From Trypanosoma brucei (Eukaryota): a stretch of 64,000 bases of DNA. The DNA lies in NCBI GenBank assembly GCA_000002445.1, contig CH464491.1, positions 2,112,001-2,176,000 on the forward strand, given 5' to 3'. Of this stretch, positions 11,538 through 23,000 are shown piece by piece (the stretch's first letter is position 1; each line of letters begins with the position of its first letter). The notes beneath the pieces were generated by a model. It worked only from the letters and a program-made list of their open reading frames with translations. It did not search any database and was not told where the DNA came from. The translations under genes and the position numbers were made by a program.

Positions 11538-12589
11538 TAATGATACTGCTCTAACTTTCTTTTCTTTTCCACCCCTTCTAGCTCGTACTTATGTATTCCC
11601 CCTTACCTCTCTGCTCTCTCCCTCTCGTCTGCTTACAAATACAAATAAATAAATATGTGATTAAACTTCGCGATCACACCCTTTTCTCCCCCCGGGGTTA
11701 AAAGTTAAAATACTCGAGGCGTTTGAAATTCCCCGCTTCCCTTCCAAACGCACTGATTTGTAAAAAAAAAAAAAGGAAGCACGAAACTTGGGTACAGGTG
11801 GCAACGTGCGTGCTTGCAAAACGCAACTGAGTATCCACTACTGGTTAGGGACACAGAGTACCACTGCACGTAAAAAAAAAAAAATAATAAGCGGAGGAGA
11901 AAAACAGAGTAACCCCTTATTGTTCCCCCAGTTTTCACCTTTCCAGTTGTGTTTTAAGTCAGTTTACCTCCGTTTCCCTCTGTTTTCCCCCTCACTGCTA
12001 CTTCTCTCTCCGCTCAAAAGCCGAGGGATGAGACTGATACCCAGGGGCAGCACCAGTATTATCTTCTGCTTCACAAAGAAACGCACCACAACACCGCCCA
12101 AAATGGAGGAGGTATTTGAAAAAAAGAGCAAATGGAGAAATTAATGTCGAACGTGTGGCAAGACACAGAGACCGTAAGAACAAGACCATTGGTGACACAT
12201 TTATCTGCCTCAATCACGCCAGAGCGCGAAAACACAATAAATACAGTTTGAATCTAAGACCAGAAGTGCGCGGTGGTTTTCATCACGATACCTGCAGCAA
12301 CTGTGAAAAATCATACCCGAAGTTAGATGCAGAAAAACGACCACGAAAACCGGCAGCTCCGCTCATTAGCGAATACGAAACGAAAATGCTCATACAAAGA
12401 TACAGGTCCCTCTTGTTAGCGAATGCAACGCTGCAGGATGCACCTACACGCCGCCCCTACAAGGACACTACAACGAAATGAACAACAGTGATAATAATAA
12501 ATGATAAGACTGTGCAATCCTCAGCCATACTGCAACACACAAGGCAGTAAGAAAAGTTAATGAAAACATTCACCATCAGATGCAACACA

Positions 12590-15514
12590 TTACACTTCCA
12601 CTTGGGCCCCAACGATGCCTCCTGACTTTTTTGGACGGCCACGCCGCTTTGGCTCCGTATCCACGGGCGCGACATCTCCGTTAGCCTCATCGTTCGTGTC
12701 ACTTCGAATTTTCTCACGTGACGACTCGCTCTCCGCGGTAGCGTACCGCCTTCCCTTCAACACATTATGACTGTCCTTCTTTTCTCTTTTGGGGTGGGTC
12801 CGCCGTATCGCCACCTTTTTGGTGGATTCGACTTCCTCATTAGTTTCGGCATCGGGGATGAGCTGAGTGCCTTCGCCTGAAGCTTTACTGTCGGGAGTCG
12901 GATACCACACCTCCTCGTAAGTTTTAGGTGTGCTCTTCGTCCCCTTTGGGCCCTTCTTCCGCTTAGACACTTCATTCGTCGTTACGGATTGTCTCTTGGA
13001 AATTCCATCCACACTTCCACGGTGATGTTTCCCCTTCGCGCTCTGTTTTTTCTTCGATCCCCTTGGACGCGCCCGCCGCATGGGTTCCCCACCCGTCAAC
13101 CTCGGTTCCTCGGGTTTGCCCTCATCTGCGCTTCTCTGCACATCTTCGGTGCGCAACTTATCGGAACTCCGTCGATGGTGGTGCTTCTCCTTAGTTTTTG
13201 ATGTTTTTTTTGCTCCCTTGAAGTGTTCCCGCTGCCGTGACACATTTTTCAACACCGCCGGTTCCTCACTGGGTGTATCACCCGCGGCAAACTCAGCGCT
13301 CTTGTGTGAAGATTCGCCATCAGATGTGATGCGCCGCACCTCTTTATGAGGTGTTGAAGAGCCCCTGTTTTTTCTATGGCGAGTTCGCCGCTTATGTGCT
13401 TCGCGAGAGGACTCAGTTCTTGCTCCAGATGCGTCGCCAGTAGCTTCATTCGAGGTGCTTGGACGCGTGCCGGTCATAGCGAGTGGTTCAGTTGTGTCTG
13501 GAGTGGAGTAACTTGTGGACTGGAAGTAAACGCTGTCACCAAACGGAAACCGAAGCGAACTCTGCTGCAATTCATTGAGCCACTCAAATCGCGGCCATGT
13601 GCAGCTTGTACCAACGGCTGAGGAATTACACGAATCTTTCTGGTTGCTGTCCAAAACCTCCGCAGCAACACGGGAGTCGCAACTAGAGCTAAATAAAGGA
13701 TACATCTCACAGTACCACCGGTACAACTCCTCCGGCGTTGCAGCTGACTTCGGCAAGCAGAACCTGCGTGGCATCCGCGGTGCGTGGAGTTGGCCAAAGC
13801 AACTGTACGAAAGTTGGTCCTGCAGCGGCAATTCCTCAAAGGGCCGCGGCGGTGCCACCAAGAAGGAATTTCGCTGTGGGGACGCCAAGCACCACGAAGA
13901 CAAGCACAGTAATTCATTGTGTAGACTGCTGAGCCGCTGATACGTTACAGGTGGTGGCGTTATTGCTCTCACCTCGTCACGGGCAAAAAACAGCATCAGC
14001 AGCGCCCTTCGTGTCATAATGTCAACGTACACCTCTGCCTGCAGAGCCCCAAACCCACCACACACCGTACGATAAACATCCACAATTTCATCAATTCTCA
14101 TGTTCTGGAACAAATGCCAAAGTTGTGTAAGGTGGATATCCTCCAACTCTCCATTCATTGGGTTTATTACGTTTCTTTCCTCCCCCCGCCACCAACCTCC
14201 AGTGGCGGCCCTCCCCTTCTCCTGTTCCAATTCTTCTGTGGAAATCTCGCTACCACATGAATTGTGACATCCAGTTAACACCTCGCTAGGTTCAATCATG
14301 TTTATATAGAATGTATCCGTAAGATACCTCTGGTGGCGGGCATTGCAGTTCGTTCTCCTTTTACAGTCTGCGGGAAATCCTTCTTCTGATAGGTGCGTCG
14401 GATCTTTAGCCTTCCAGCCCTCTGGCCAGTTGAGCGATACGCCATCAACAACATTTTCTGTGAGTTCATTTTCACCCATTACACCCGCCATCACACTTTC
14501 CCTCGTGTCCTCCTGAAACTCTGTCTCGGTGAGTGTGATAATCATATCATGGCTACTAAATAGTGGACGTTTTGTGGATGGGGCAACCCGCATATTCCTA
14601 TAAAAAGCGACGAACATGTGCCACAGTTCTCTTGGGTCACCAGATGAGTTACTTCCATAGTGAAGAAACTCCCAAAGAACGCCCTGCAGACCGTAGCTGT
14701 AAAAACAACTACTGTCGGAGATTCTGCGAAGAGAGTTCCAAATCATGGCAGCGTCAAAGGCAACAACACCGTTGTGACAACACTCAACGACAGCCCTACT
14801 GCAACGGGAATGTACCCGGTTGGGCGTAAAGTTGTGATGCGTAACGGGATGTTTCTCCCCGTTACGAAAACCCACGTCAAGGAGATCCTTACTCTCCTGC
14901 ACCTCTGCGCCCCTTTTGAGAACGAGTTGCAATAGTTCGATCAACTCATCATGCCACATGGCCCTGTTGGAGACAAAACGCTCCAGCATGTTACGAAGAA
15001 TCCTGTGCTCACCAATTATATTGCGGTACTGTGGTGCTGTTTCACCCTCCTCCTGCACCTTTGATACCCAACCACTATCACGGAACAATTTCCTCACACA
15101 CCATTCGTCCAGTAACTCCACATTCCGCAGCCGTTCCTCGACGTCCAAGCACGTCACTACACCCGTGTTGTGATCCTTCAACGAAAACAACATTCGCTTT
15201 AGGTCCATCGACTCCCCAGACATCTCCTCTACTTGTGTTTGTGTGGAGGACGTCCCGTGCAAATCACACGTCATTCGAACGCTCTTCGAAGAAACGGTAG
15301 CGCCAACAGCACTGGAATGGACATCGCCGCAGCTGTCAGTTGTTTCTCCCGAATGCTGCGATAGGGTGCACATGCACGCACGCAATGGGTTTTGCAGGGC
15401 ACTGGAAGCTATCCCGCATCCACTGAAACCAGCAAGGGCTGTGCGGTGGTGACGGTGATGGCACCGCATTAAAAGGGGCGACAGCGGGTTGAGCCGCAGA
15501 AAAGAGTGCCACAT
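12590..15514 (-). CDS. Large hypothetical protein with a C-terminal basic tail carrying AT-hook-like motifs.
   Basis: The 974-aa ORF has a C-terminal third rich in K, R, S and E. It contains KRRGRPKK, which fits the AT-hook core RGRP flanked by basic residues, and RRARPRGSKKK. The N-terminal 600 aa are globular-looking and unassigned. Confidence 0.5.
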   Translation of the reverse strand: MWHSFLRLNPLSPLLMRCHHRHHRTALAGFSGCGIASSALQNPLRACMCTLSQHSGETTDSCGDVHSSAVGATVSSKSVRMTCDLHGTSSTQTQVEEMSGESMDLKRMLFSLKDHNTGVVTCLDVEERLRNVELLDEWCVRKLFRDSGWVSKVQEEGETAPQYRNIIGEHRILRNMLERFVSNRAMWHDELIELLQLVLKRGAEVQESKDLLDVGFRNGEKHPVTHHNFTPNRVHSRCSRAVVECCHNGVVAFDAAMIWNSLRRISDSSCFYSYGLQGVLWEFLHYGSNSSGDPRELWHMFVAFYRNMRVAPSTKRPLFSSHDMIITLTETEFQEDTRESVMAGVMGENELTENVVDGVSLNWPEGWKAKDPTHLSEEGFPADCKRRTNCNARHQRYLTDTFYINMIEPSEVLTGCHNSCGSEISTEELEQEKGRAATGGWWRGEERNVINPMNGELEDIHLTQLWHLFQNMRIDEIVDVYRTVCGGFGALQAEVYVDIMTRRALLMLFFARDEVRAITPPPVTYQRLSSLHNELLCLSSWCLASPQRNSFLVAPPRPFEELPLQDQLSYSCFGQLHAPRMPRRFCLPKSAATPEELYRWYCEMYPLFSSSCDSRVAAEVLDSNQKDSCNSSAVGTSCTWPRFEWLNELQQSSLRFPFGDSVYFQSTSYSTPDTTEPLAMTGTRPSTSNEATGDASGARTESSREAHKRRTRHRKNRGSSTPHKEVRRITSDGESSHKSAEFAAGDTPSEEPAVLKNVSRQREHFKGAKKTSKTKEKHHHRRSSDKLRTEDVQRSADEGKPEEPRLTGGEPMRRARPRGSKKKQSAKGKHHRGSVDGISKRQSVTTNEVSKRKKGPKGTKSTPKTYEEVWYPTPDSKASGEGTQLIPDAETNEEVESTKKVAIRRTHPKREKKDSHNVLKGRRYATAESESSREKIRSDTNDEANGDVAPVDTEPKRRGRPKKSGGIVGAQVEV

Positions 15515-16190
15515 GGAAGTGTCGTACCCGTTCTGTCAAACTCTGCCCTAGACTTGTTTTGTAATTTTTTTTATTTTGATTTAAATATGAGAGTTATTCA
15601 CGGCCATAAGGAGGGAGAAAAAATGCGAAGTGTATCACAAATATAGAACTAGAAAGACGAGGTAGAAAACACACAAGATAGAGTGCCGTCAGGTGTACCA
15701 TACTTCTTTTGTCCATTGTGGTCTTCATCCGTTTTCTCGCATCTCCCTCTTTTCTTCATAAGTTTCCTCGTTGTCTTACGATTCAATAGGAACGAAACCA
15801 CATCGCACGCGAGGGGAGCCGAAGGGTTGTGACAACGGTAACGGCAACAGCAGAGAAACCTTCAACGATAGCAAAAAAAAAAAAGTGTTACCACAACTGT
15901 ACCACCAACCCCTAACTCATCAGATAGTGACAAGGAAAAAAAAGGAAAACACAGTACATATGCACTACATATATATAACGGATGTCCGCATACATATGCG
16001 TATAATTACTATTGGTACTATAATTATAATGAGAAAAAAGGTGTAAAAAATCATTTATGAGCGACACAACTCAAAAAGGATACCCCGTTAGTGGTAGAGA
16101 GAGGGGAAGGAATGTGGCGAATGGGCGCGCCAGATGAAAGCGAGAACTTGTTCTCTCTACGGTAAAGGACCAGACACACACACATACACG

Positions 16191-16194
<4 letters not shown>

Positions 16195-16232
<38 letters not shown>
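16195..16232. repeat. A (TA)n microsatellite, one of many.
   Basis: A perfect (TA)~19 sits here. Similar tracts lie at 1341..1372, 35205..35238, 47341..47368, 61953..61972 (followed by (ATTT)n) and 20166..20189. Confidence 0.95.
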
Positions 16233-16235
<3 letters not shown>

Positions 16236-16839
16236 CAAAAGAAAAAGAAAAAGAAAACAGAAAGACAACGTACGCGAAGTCGGTGGCAAAACCTTCCCTC
16301 TATGCTGGGTAGGTTGACAGAAACAAAGAAAAGAAAAAGAAACATGTGGGCTTAGTCTGGCGATAAAATAGCGGTGAAGCATCTATGGCGCGGTCGAACA
16401 ACAGGTCTCTAGTGAAGATTGTATTTTTCTAGGCTTTTTTCGGTAGATCCAAACCCACATGAGCACGTGCCACACAAATATATTAGTGTTACTGCATGTG
16501 CACAAGAAAAGCACGGCATATTTCTATATTTTTATGCGCAGCATAGGTGGTCCCCGATGTTACCACCCACATGAAGTGCTCGTCAGCCTTTACATGTTGC
16601 TGCTTCTTAGCTTCACCATGTCCGCTTTTTGACCTTGGTTCTCTTTGCGAGTAGGCTCCGATAGCAGGAATGTTGTATCATCATATCTAAAACAATAGTC
16701 GTTCACATGAGCAAATTGCTACTGCTCCTCCTCTTACCGCACGTCTGTTCCCATGAGCCCCGTTTTGTGGCTATATACATGCGCTACTCTGCCATATCCT
16801 TACTCTGTTTTGCTTCATTTCCCTAACCTCTCCTACTCA

Positions 16840-17625
16840 TTAGCCTCTATAAGAGCCCCGCCCCCTCCTCGCATTATGTTGCCTTCCTTCCCCCATTCCA
16901 GCGAAACCAGGGATTCCACCACTTTCTTGACGGTTGGAGTGAGTTGCACGACCCGCGGGTGGAAGGTTTTGCTGCGGCAATGGTCTCGGTTGTTGCTGCC
17001 GAATCTTGAAGGGCTGGGGCTCTTCGTTGAAGCGGTTCTGGATTGGGTTTTCGTGTCCCGTGCCAGAGTTCAAATTCCCATTCTTGTTATTGGGGTTGAA
17101 CACGCGCACACCACGCCGTTTGCCCGGTGAATCGCTCTCGCTGAAGCAAAGGAAGCGACTTTGAGTGTTGCCTTCGAATTTCTCACGCACTTCTTTGTCG
17201 CGCTGCGCCGCAGAATCGACAGGTCGTAGGCGCTGCAATTCAGCACAATCTCGCTCCCTCACCTCACGAGGATGGTTCAAAGTTGGTGCATCGGTGTTCC
17301 ACGAAAAAATATTCAGCCCACCTCGCGCAAGGCGGTCCTTTGACAGGCGCCGGGTATCCACCGCTTGTGTTTGGGCTTGCGGCTGCAAAGGTAAATCATA
17401 ACCTCCACCGTTCATATCGACGTGTTCGTATGCATCATGACCCCCGTAACCTGGTGGAGGCCCGTCCATGTACGACTGGGGGGCATCTCGGAGTAAATCC
17501 TCCTGACCGGCGTATGGGGACTCAAGGAAGGTCGGGTGCTTATCGTATGCATCTACATGCTGAGCCCGGCCCAATTCATCAGTGCGACCCCTCAGGTCAC
17601 TTTCATAGTCGTAGTTGGCAAGCAT
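16840..17625 (-). CDS. Hypothetical low-complexity or disordered protein with an RG-rich C-terminus.
   Basis: The 261-aa ORF is rich in P, Q, G and R and ends ...ARRGRGSYRG. It lies on the same strand as its neighbours. I recognise no domain. Confidence 0.35.
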   Translation of the reverse strand: MLANYDYESDLRGRTDELGRAQHVDAYDKHPTFLESPYAGQEDLLRDAPQSYMDGPPPGYGGHDAYEHVDMNGGGYDLPLQPQAQTQAVDTRRLSKDRLARGGLNIFSWNTDAPTLNHPREVRERDCAELQRLRPVDSAAQRDKEVREKFEGNTQSRFLCFSESDSPGKRRGVRVFNPNNKNGNLNSGTGHENPIQNRFNEEPQPFKIRQQQPRPLPQQNLPPAGRATHSNRQESGGIPGFAGMGEGRQHNARRGRGSYRG

Positions 17626-18569
17626 CTTGGTAATATAATATTTATATTATATTCTCTGCTCCAAAATAATATCACCTTTTGTCTTTATTATTCCTCACTT
17701 CTACTTGCTTCTCTTGTTTGCTCCTACCTGAGCTTTATTATGTCAAGGCGAGATTCAACGTAACTCTCTTCTAATAACCGATCGATGCGCGGCGATTTCT
17801 ACCTTACGTGAACAGTAAAGCTGAGTTATTTTTATTTTAAGAGCTTTCCACTGTTTCTATCGCTTACCTCTTAGTCACAATTCTTCAGGATGTTCTACTA
17901 TATCAGTGGCATTATAATGCAAGTGAAAAGCACACGATCAGAGACGTGAACACGTACGCACGTACAAAGAGCATAAAGTAAATGACATTGTCAAGTGATT
18001 ATTCCACTCACTCATCCGCCTTCACCACAATAATAAATTAATAACGGCGCCCACCACCCACAACTGGGACAGCCACTAAGAAACACAAAGCAAGGGAAAC
18101 CACATAACCTCACTTCCACAAAACAAAGCACGCGCACGTGCAACCCCGCCAACACGCTCACAGACAATTAGACTATAAAACGAGAAGGGGGAAAATTGCA
18201 GAAAAACAAACCAGAAGAAACAACCACAAATAAAAAGAAAAACAGTAGATAGCACCAGATAAAAGTAATCCTAAAAAATATATACATACACATACATGCT
18301 TTAAGACATGAAAATACTAAAGTAATACAAAAGTAAAAGCAAAAGTGCAAAAGTGTTTCGAAACCGATAAAAGTAAGATTGAAAACAATAATACATATAA
18401 AATTATTGAAAACATAAAAATAAGAACAAAACCCGGTCAAATTCAAAAAAAGCAAGAGCAACAAATTAATAAAAGAAGAAAATTTCAAGAAATTAAAAAT
18501 ATATATCAGAAAATCAGATAAATATTAAAGGCCGACAGCACTTAACAAGACTCTCAATAACATCCCGTT

Positions 18570-19477
18570 GACAACAAGAAATTTCATTGCAACCATAAAA
18601 TAGTCGCGCCTTCTTCACCACAGTTGGTGACTTTACAACCCATAAAGGGCCCTTACCGCGGATGCCAGATTTCTGTTGCACAAGCTTCAGACCCGTCATG
18701 ATATCAAAACCAAATCCAAGAGCATGAGCAATTTCATGTGCCGTCACGCGCATACTACTATCATGAGAAGTCAGCACTTCAGGTCCAATATTGAAAACAC
18801 CAACAGTAGGGCGATGATCCCTATACCTCGAACACGGACCTGCCCATGCTGCAGGTGAACCCATTGGACCAGCGGCACCATATAACACCATATCAGCATC
18901 GGAGACACCTGTAGTGCGGTGCTCCTGAGGAATGTTGAAGTATTTGCAAAATGTGTATACTTCAGGAACCTTTATTGGGCCTTGAACTGGTTGTACCATA
19001 AGGCGGTCGCTGTGCATCTTCAATGCATCCGGTATAACAACAGACAGAAGAGATTTCTTTTCTCTGTCAGCACGGAATCAGTTGTGCATTGTAGTACATG
19101 CCCCTAAAAATAGAGCGAGTCTGACCTTCCCTTTCACAATATTTCTTCGGGTCGTCAATATCCGATTTAAAAACCTGAAATCGAATGGGTTGCCATCCTG
19201 CCGTTGAACTCGTAACAATCGCATGCACCAGATCTCCTTTAGGTACTCGAGGCTCACCCACCACTGGAAGGTCCCGCATACTCATGTTTTTCATCAACTT
19301 GCCGAAGTCACACCGATGTGGTGGGATATTGCCTTCAGTCACATCACCACATAATATCAAACCCAATAAAAAGGGAATGACATAACGAGGGAACATAATC
19401 ACTGTCATATATACACACTCAAGCGTATCAATAGATATTTGCAAATCCTTTAAATACAGTTTGGATACCACATTCAT
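18570..19477 (-). pseudogene. GP63: GP63/leishmanolysin pseudogene: the N-terminal two thirds only, with a frameshift and a 3' truncation.
   Basis: Two ORF fragments, 19067..19477 and 18514..19023, are each near-identical to the intact copies and include HEIAHALGFGFDIM. Relative to copy 3 there is a 1-nt deletion near 19045 (cttttctctgtcag here versus cttttcctttgtcag in copy 3). Homology to intact copies stops near 18570, after the FYGCNEI region. The downstream ORF tail (SCCQRDVIESLVKCCRPLIFI) is junk. Confidence 0.8.
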
Positions 19478-20441
19478 ATAATAAAAAGAAATAGAAACAG
19501 AAATGTAAAGACATAGGAAATAAATATATATATAATAACAACAATATATTATTTGATTACTATCATTGTGAATGATGATAAAGGTGTGAAAACTCCATGC
19601 TCAAGTAAAGAGGGTTAGGAAAATAATACAAAAAAAAGGATCATGAGTGTCCAATGAGAGCAGCGCATCACACACGTGGGAATGATTTCGCCTTATAACA
19701 AGAAACAAATGAAAGGTTCATGCACATTAAATGAAAGAAACCAGTGAGAACACAGCACATGAAGGAATTACGTACATCAAAAGAAAAGCAAAGTACAAAG
19801 GAAAAAGAAAAAGATATATTCTTCAGATATGACAGTTACCGCTGTCGCAAGAGGAAAAAAAAGAAGAAAAAATAAAACAGAAGAATTGAACAAAGACATA
19901 ATATTCATTGATGAAAATTTATGATATGAAACATTAAACTGCTCTATCTACATCAAGCAGGAAACCATTTGATATTCCACACACATAAATTATTGTGATG
20001 TGCGCAACCGAAATGGAAAGATACGGAAGACAGTGCTGATATACATCAATACCGTCACCTCCAGGCAAAACAGTACCCAAAACATTATGTAGGTTTTCCA
20101 TTATTCATTTCAATATATCCACACAATTTCCAATTTAAGAGCAATAAAACAAACATTCAATATTTATGTATATATATATATATATATATGCTATCACTTT
20201 ACACTGGAACAGCAACAAGTGTCGTGTGATGTTGTCGTCAAAGAGATATGACGTGATAAATGACAGCGGTTCCCCATTCATAAAACAGCATGTTTGTACA
20301 TCATGTGAAAGAAAGAAAGATTGGTTAGTAATTCAACTGTTAATAAAGCACACCAAAACTCTCAACAAATGCCTGTGAAATCCAGCTAAGAAAGGCATCA
20401 TAAAGTAATTGCAGTAACAGTGCCGCTTACGCATAATATTA
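19478..20441. repeat. GP63 array inter-copy spacer unit, repeated at 23580..24485 and 26290..27218.
   Basis: The three spacers share long near-identical blocks by eye, for example aataacaacaatatattatttgattactatcatt, gggaatgatttcgccttataacaagaaacaaatgaaaggt and aaagcacaccaaaactctcaacaaatgcctgtgaaat. Each contains a short (TA)n. Confidence 0.85.
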
Positions 20442-22307
20442 TTATAGGGAAAAAGAAACGAAGAGTAGCATATTCCACATAAAATAACTTGAATGTACAG
20501 CCCATGATGCTGCACCTGTCCCGTGCTCTGTCTCTTCAGAATCCACTGGGGAAGGCGCTTCGGAAGATTCTTCTGAAGATTCTTCGGAAGATTCTGCAGA
20601 AGATCCTTCAGAAGATCCTTCGGAAGATCCTTCGGAGGATCCTTCGGAAGATCCTTCAGAAGATCCTTCGGATGCCACCGCCGAAGGGACGGTGACCCGC
20701 TTCAACACCTTCGAGGCACACAACTCAGACTTTTTAGGACACCGAACATAACCGCTGGAGAATGTCACATTAGATGTCACATTTCTTCCCTCGGGGCAAT
20801 CATACCATTGGTCGTCATCAACAAAACGCACCTGAAGAGTATCTGGTTCACAATTCACCTCAACACAAATATCAGCAATTGCAACTATAACGTTCTTCAG
20901 CTTGAGACCCGTAGCTTTCACACACCGTGAGTTAGGTCCAATGCGACTTCCCCACATTGCATGCGGATGACCATCAGTGCAGCCGGTATTGGAGAAGAGA
21001 CGTATGTAAGGGCAGAAATCAAGCAGTTCATTGGGGCCACCCTTATTGACACGAGAAAAGTACCGATATTGCTGGGGTATTGGAGTCCTGTATAAATAAA
21101 TGGCACATGATCCCAACCCACCCCTGTCGGCGGTACAAACATTTTCACCCTTCTTTGTCGCAGATGTACAAAACACATCAGGAAAGTTGCTCTTTCCACT
21201 CTCTATACGTGTGTGTTGCAGAAAATCACAGCCTCGTCCTTTACCAAAATGCATATCTTCTTCAGTTCCCCATCTGGCTTTGTAAAAACCCATATCCTCA
21301 AATAATGCCATAGTTAGCACACTATAACGGCCTCCATCGCTGCCTTTTATACCAGCCATCATCTCTTCCATTGCGATCCTACGCTCCCAATGCGATCTAA
21401 CCGTACCCCTGCCACCTTCATCCTCCAGTTCCACACCCGTGATATCATTGCAACCATAAAATTCCTGCGCTTTCTTTACCACAGTTTGTGACTTTACAAC
21501 CCATACAGGGCCCTTACCGCGGATGCCAGATTTGGATGCCACAAGCTTCCGCTCATTCATAATATCAAAACCAAATCCAAGAGCATGAGCAATTTCATGT
21601 GCCGTCACACGCATACTACTATCATGAGAAGTCAGCACTTCAGGTCCAATATTGAAAACACCAACAACAGGGCGTCCATCCCTCAACTTCGCACACGGAA
21701 CAGCCCATGCTGCAGGTGAACCCATTGGACCAGCGGCACCATATAACACCATATCAGCATCGGAGACACCTGTAGTGCGGTGTTCCCTGGGAATGTTAAA
21801 GTTTTTGCAAAACGATTGCTCCCTATGGACCGTGATTCGTCCCTTTACTGGTTGTACCATGAGGCGATCGCTGTGCATCTTCAGTGCATCTGGTATCACA
21901 GCATCCAAAAGAGATTTCTTCTGCGATGTCAGCAAGGATTCAGTTTTGCATTTGTAGTAGATGCCCCTAAAATTAGAGCGAGTTTCACCCACATTTCCAC
22001 AATATTTCTTCGGGTCCTCAATATCCGATTTAAAAACCTTAAATCGAATGGGTTGCCATCCTGCCATTGAACTCGTAACAATCGCATGCACCAGATCTCC
22101 TTTAGGTACTGGAGGCTCATCCACCACTGGAAGGTCCCGCATACTCATGTTTTTCATCAACTTGCCGAAGTCACACCGATGTGGTGGGATATTGCCTTCA
22201 GTCACATCACCACATAATATCAAACCCAATAAACAGGGAATGACATAACGAGGGAACATAATCACTGTCATATATACACACTCAAGCGTATCAATAGATA
22301 TTTGCAA
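20442..22307 (-). CDS. GP63: GP63/leishmanolysin (major surface protease, M8 zinc metalloprotease), copy 2, intact.
   Basis: The 621-aa ORF has the HEIAHALGFGFD zinc-binding HExxH motif, the conserved Cys pattern and a signal peptide (MFPRYVIPCLLGLILCG). It has a C-terminal (SEGSS)n tail and then a hydrophobic GPI-signal-like end (WNMLLFVSFSL). The ORF may start at a later Met; MQISIDTLECVYM precedes the signal peptide. Confidence 0.9.
   Translation of the reverse strand: MQISIDTLECVYMTVIMFPRYVIPCLLGLILCGDVTEGNIPPHRCDFGKLMKNMSMRDLPVVDEPPVPKGDLVHAIVTSSMAGWQPIRFKVFKSDIEDPKKYCGNVGETRSNFRGIYYKCKTESLLTSQKKSLLDAVIPDALKMHSDRLMVQPVKGRITVHREQSFCKNFNIPREHRTTGVSDADMVLYGAAGPMGSPAAWAVPCAKLRDGRPVVGVFNIGPEVLTSHDSSMRVTAHEIAHALGFGFDIMNERKLVASKSGIRGKGPVWVVKSQTVVKKAQEFYGCNDITGVELEDEGGRGTVRSHWERRIAMEEMMAGIKGSDGGRYSVLTMALFEDMGFYKARWGTEEDMHFGKGRGCDFLQHTRIESGKSNFPDVFCTSATKKGENVCTADRGGLGSCAIYLYRTPIPQQYRYFSRVNKGGPNELLDFCPYIRLFSNTGCTDGHPHAMWGSRIGPNSRCVKATGLKLKNVIVAIADICVEVNCEPDTLQVRFVDDDQWYDCPEGRNVTSNVTFSSGYVRCPKKSELCASKVLKRVTVPSAVASEGSSEGSSEGSSEGSSEGSSEGSSAESSEESSEESSEAPSPVDSEETEHGTGAASWAVHSSYFMWNMLLFVSFSL
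20563..20685 (-). repeat. A 15-bp tandem repeat inside GP63 copy 2 encoding (SEGSS)n.
   Basis: About 8 units of ggaagatccttc(a/g)ga with minor variants are seen directly on the + strand. They translate on the minus strand as SEGSSEGSSEGSS...AESSEESSEESSE. Confidence 0.9.
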
Positions 22308-23000
22308 TTCCTTAACTTACAGGATAGAAACTACATACATAGAATAAGAAAAGGAAATAGAAATAGGAATGCAAAGCCATAGGAAGATATGTAAGGTCAG
22401 AGTTAGAAATGTAACAACACACAAAATATTAATTTGTGTGTTACTGATAATGCAACCGAAGTTGTACTCAAGCATGAAAAAATAGGCATAATACTGCACA
22501 GTAACCGCATCTCAAAATACAGCACATGCGTGTGTATAGGATATATAACCTGCTGTCGCATCAGTACGCAATGGTGTCAATCAAACAATACTATCAGAGG
22601 TATCGGAGTGATTGCGGTTGTTGAACATCACGCACAACAGACATAGTTACCACATATTGTAAAAGGGAAGGAATCAACAAGGGAAAAGGAGAGGAATATG
22701 GGAAAGGGAAAGGGAAGGAAATGAATGTTGTCAGACAGGGATAACTGTTAGCAGTCGTTACTCGTCAATGTTAAATCAGAAGAGGTGTCAGGTAAACGTG
22801 TCTTCTCATCATAAGGTACAAGATTTCATTATGCGAGCACTTCCATAGAGACCTCTCTGTAACTCATGGTTGGGACTCGATAATCCAAAAATAACAACAA
22901 ACACAGATGTATCGCTACAAGTTAACTCTCTCTTAAAGGATATATTTATATATTATTACTAATTTTAGTATACCATACAGTATGATAACTAAATAAACAT
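22308..23000. repeat. GP63 5'-flank unit, repeated at 29118..29810.
   Basis: The two blocks are near-identical over about 690 bp, from the GP63 start codon outward. Identity ends abruptly after ...gataactaaataaa(a)cata (22981..23001 and about 29802..29822). Confidence 0.85.

Noticed and set aside
20489-20695. A plus-strand ORF encoding KILRKILQKILQKIL...
   Set aside because: It is simply the reverse complement, in another frame, of the (SEGSS)n 15-bp repeat inside GP63 copy 2. It is not an independent gene.
21780-22070. Conserved about 96-aa plus-strand ORFs present in all GP63 copies (also 25680..25970 and 28590..28880; 21961..22248, 25858..26148 and 28858..29058).
   Set aside because: They are conserved only because they lie antisense to the highly conserved GP63 CDS. 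They have no independent start context or coding signal.
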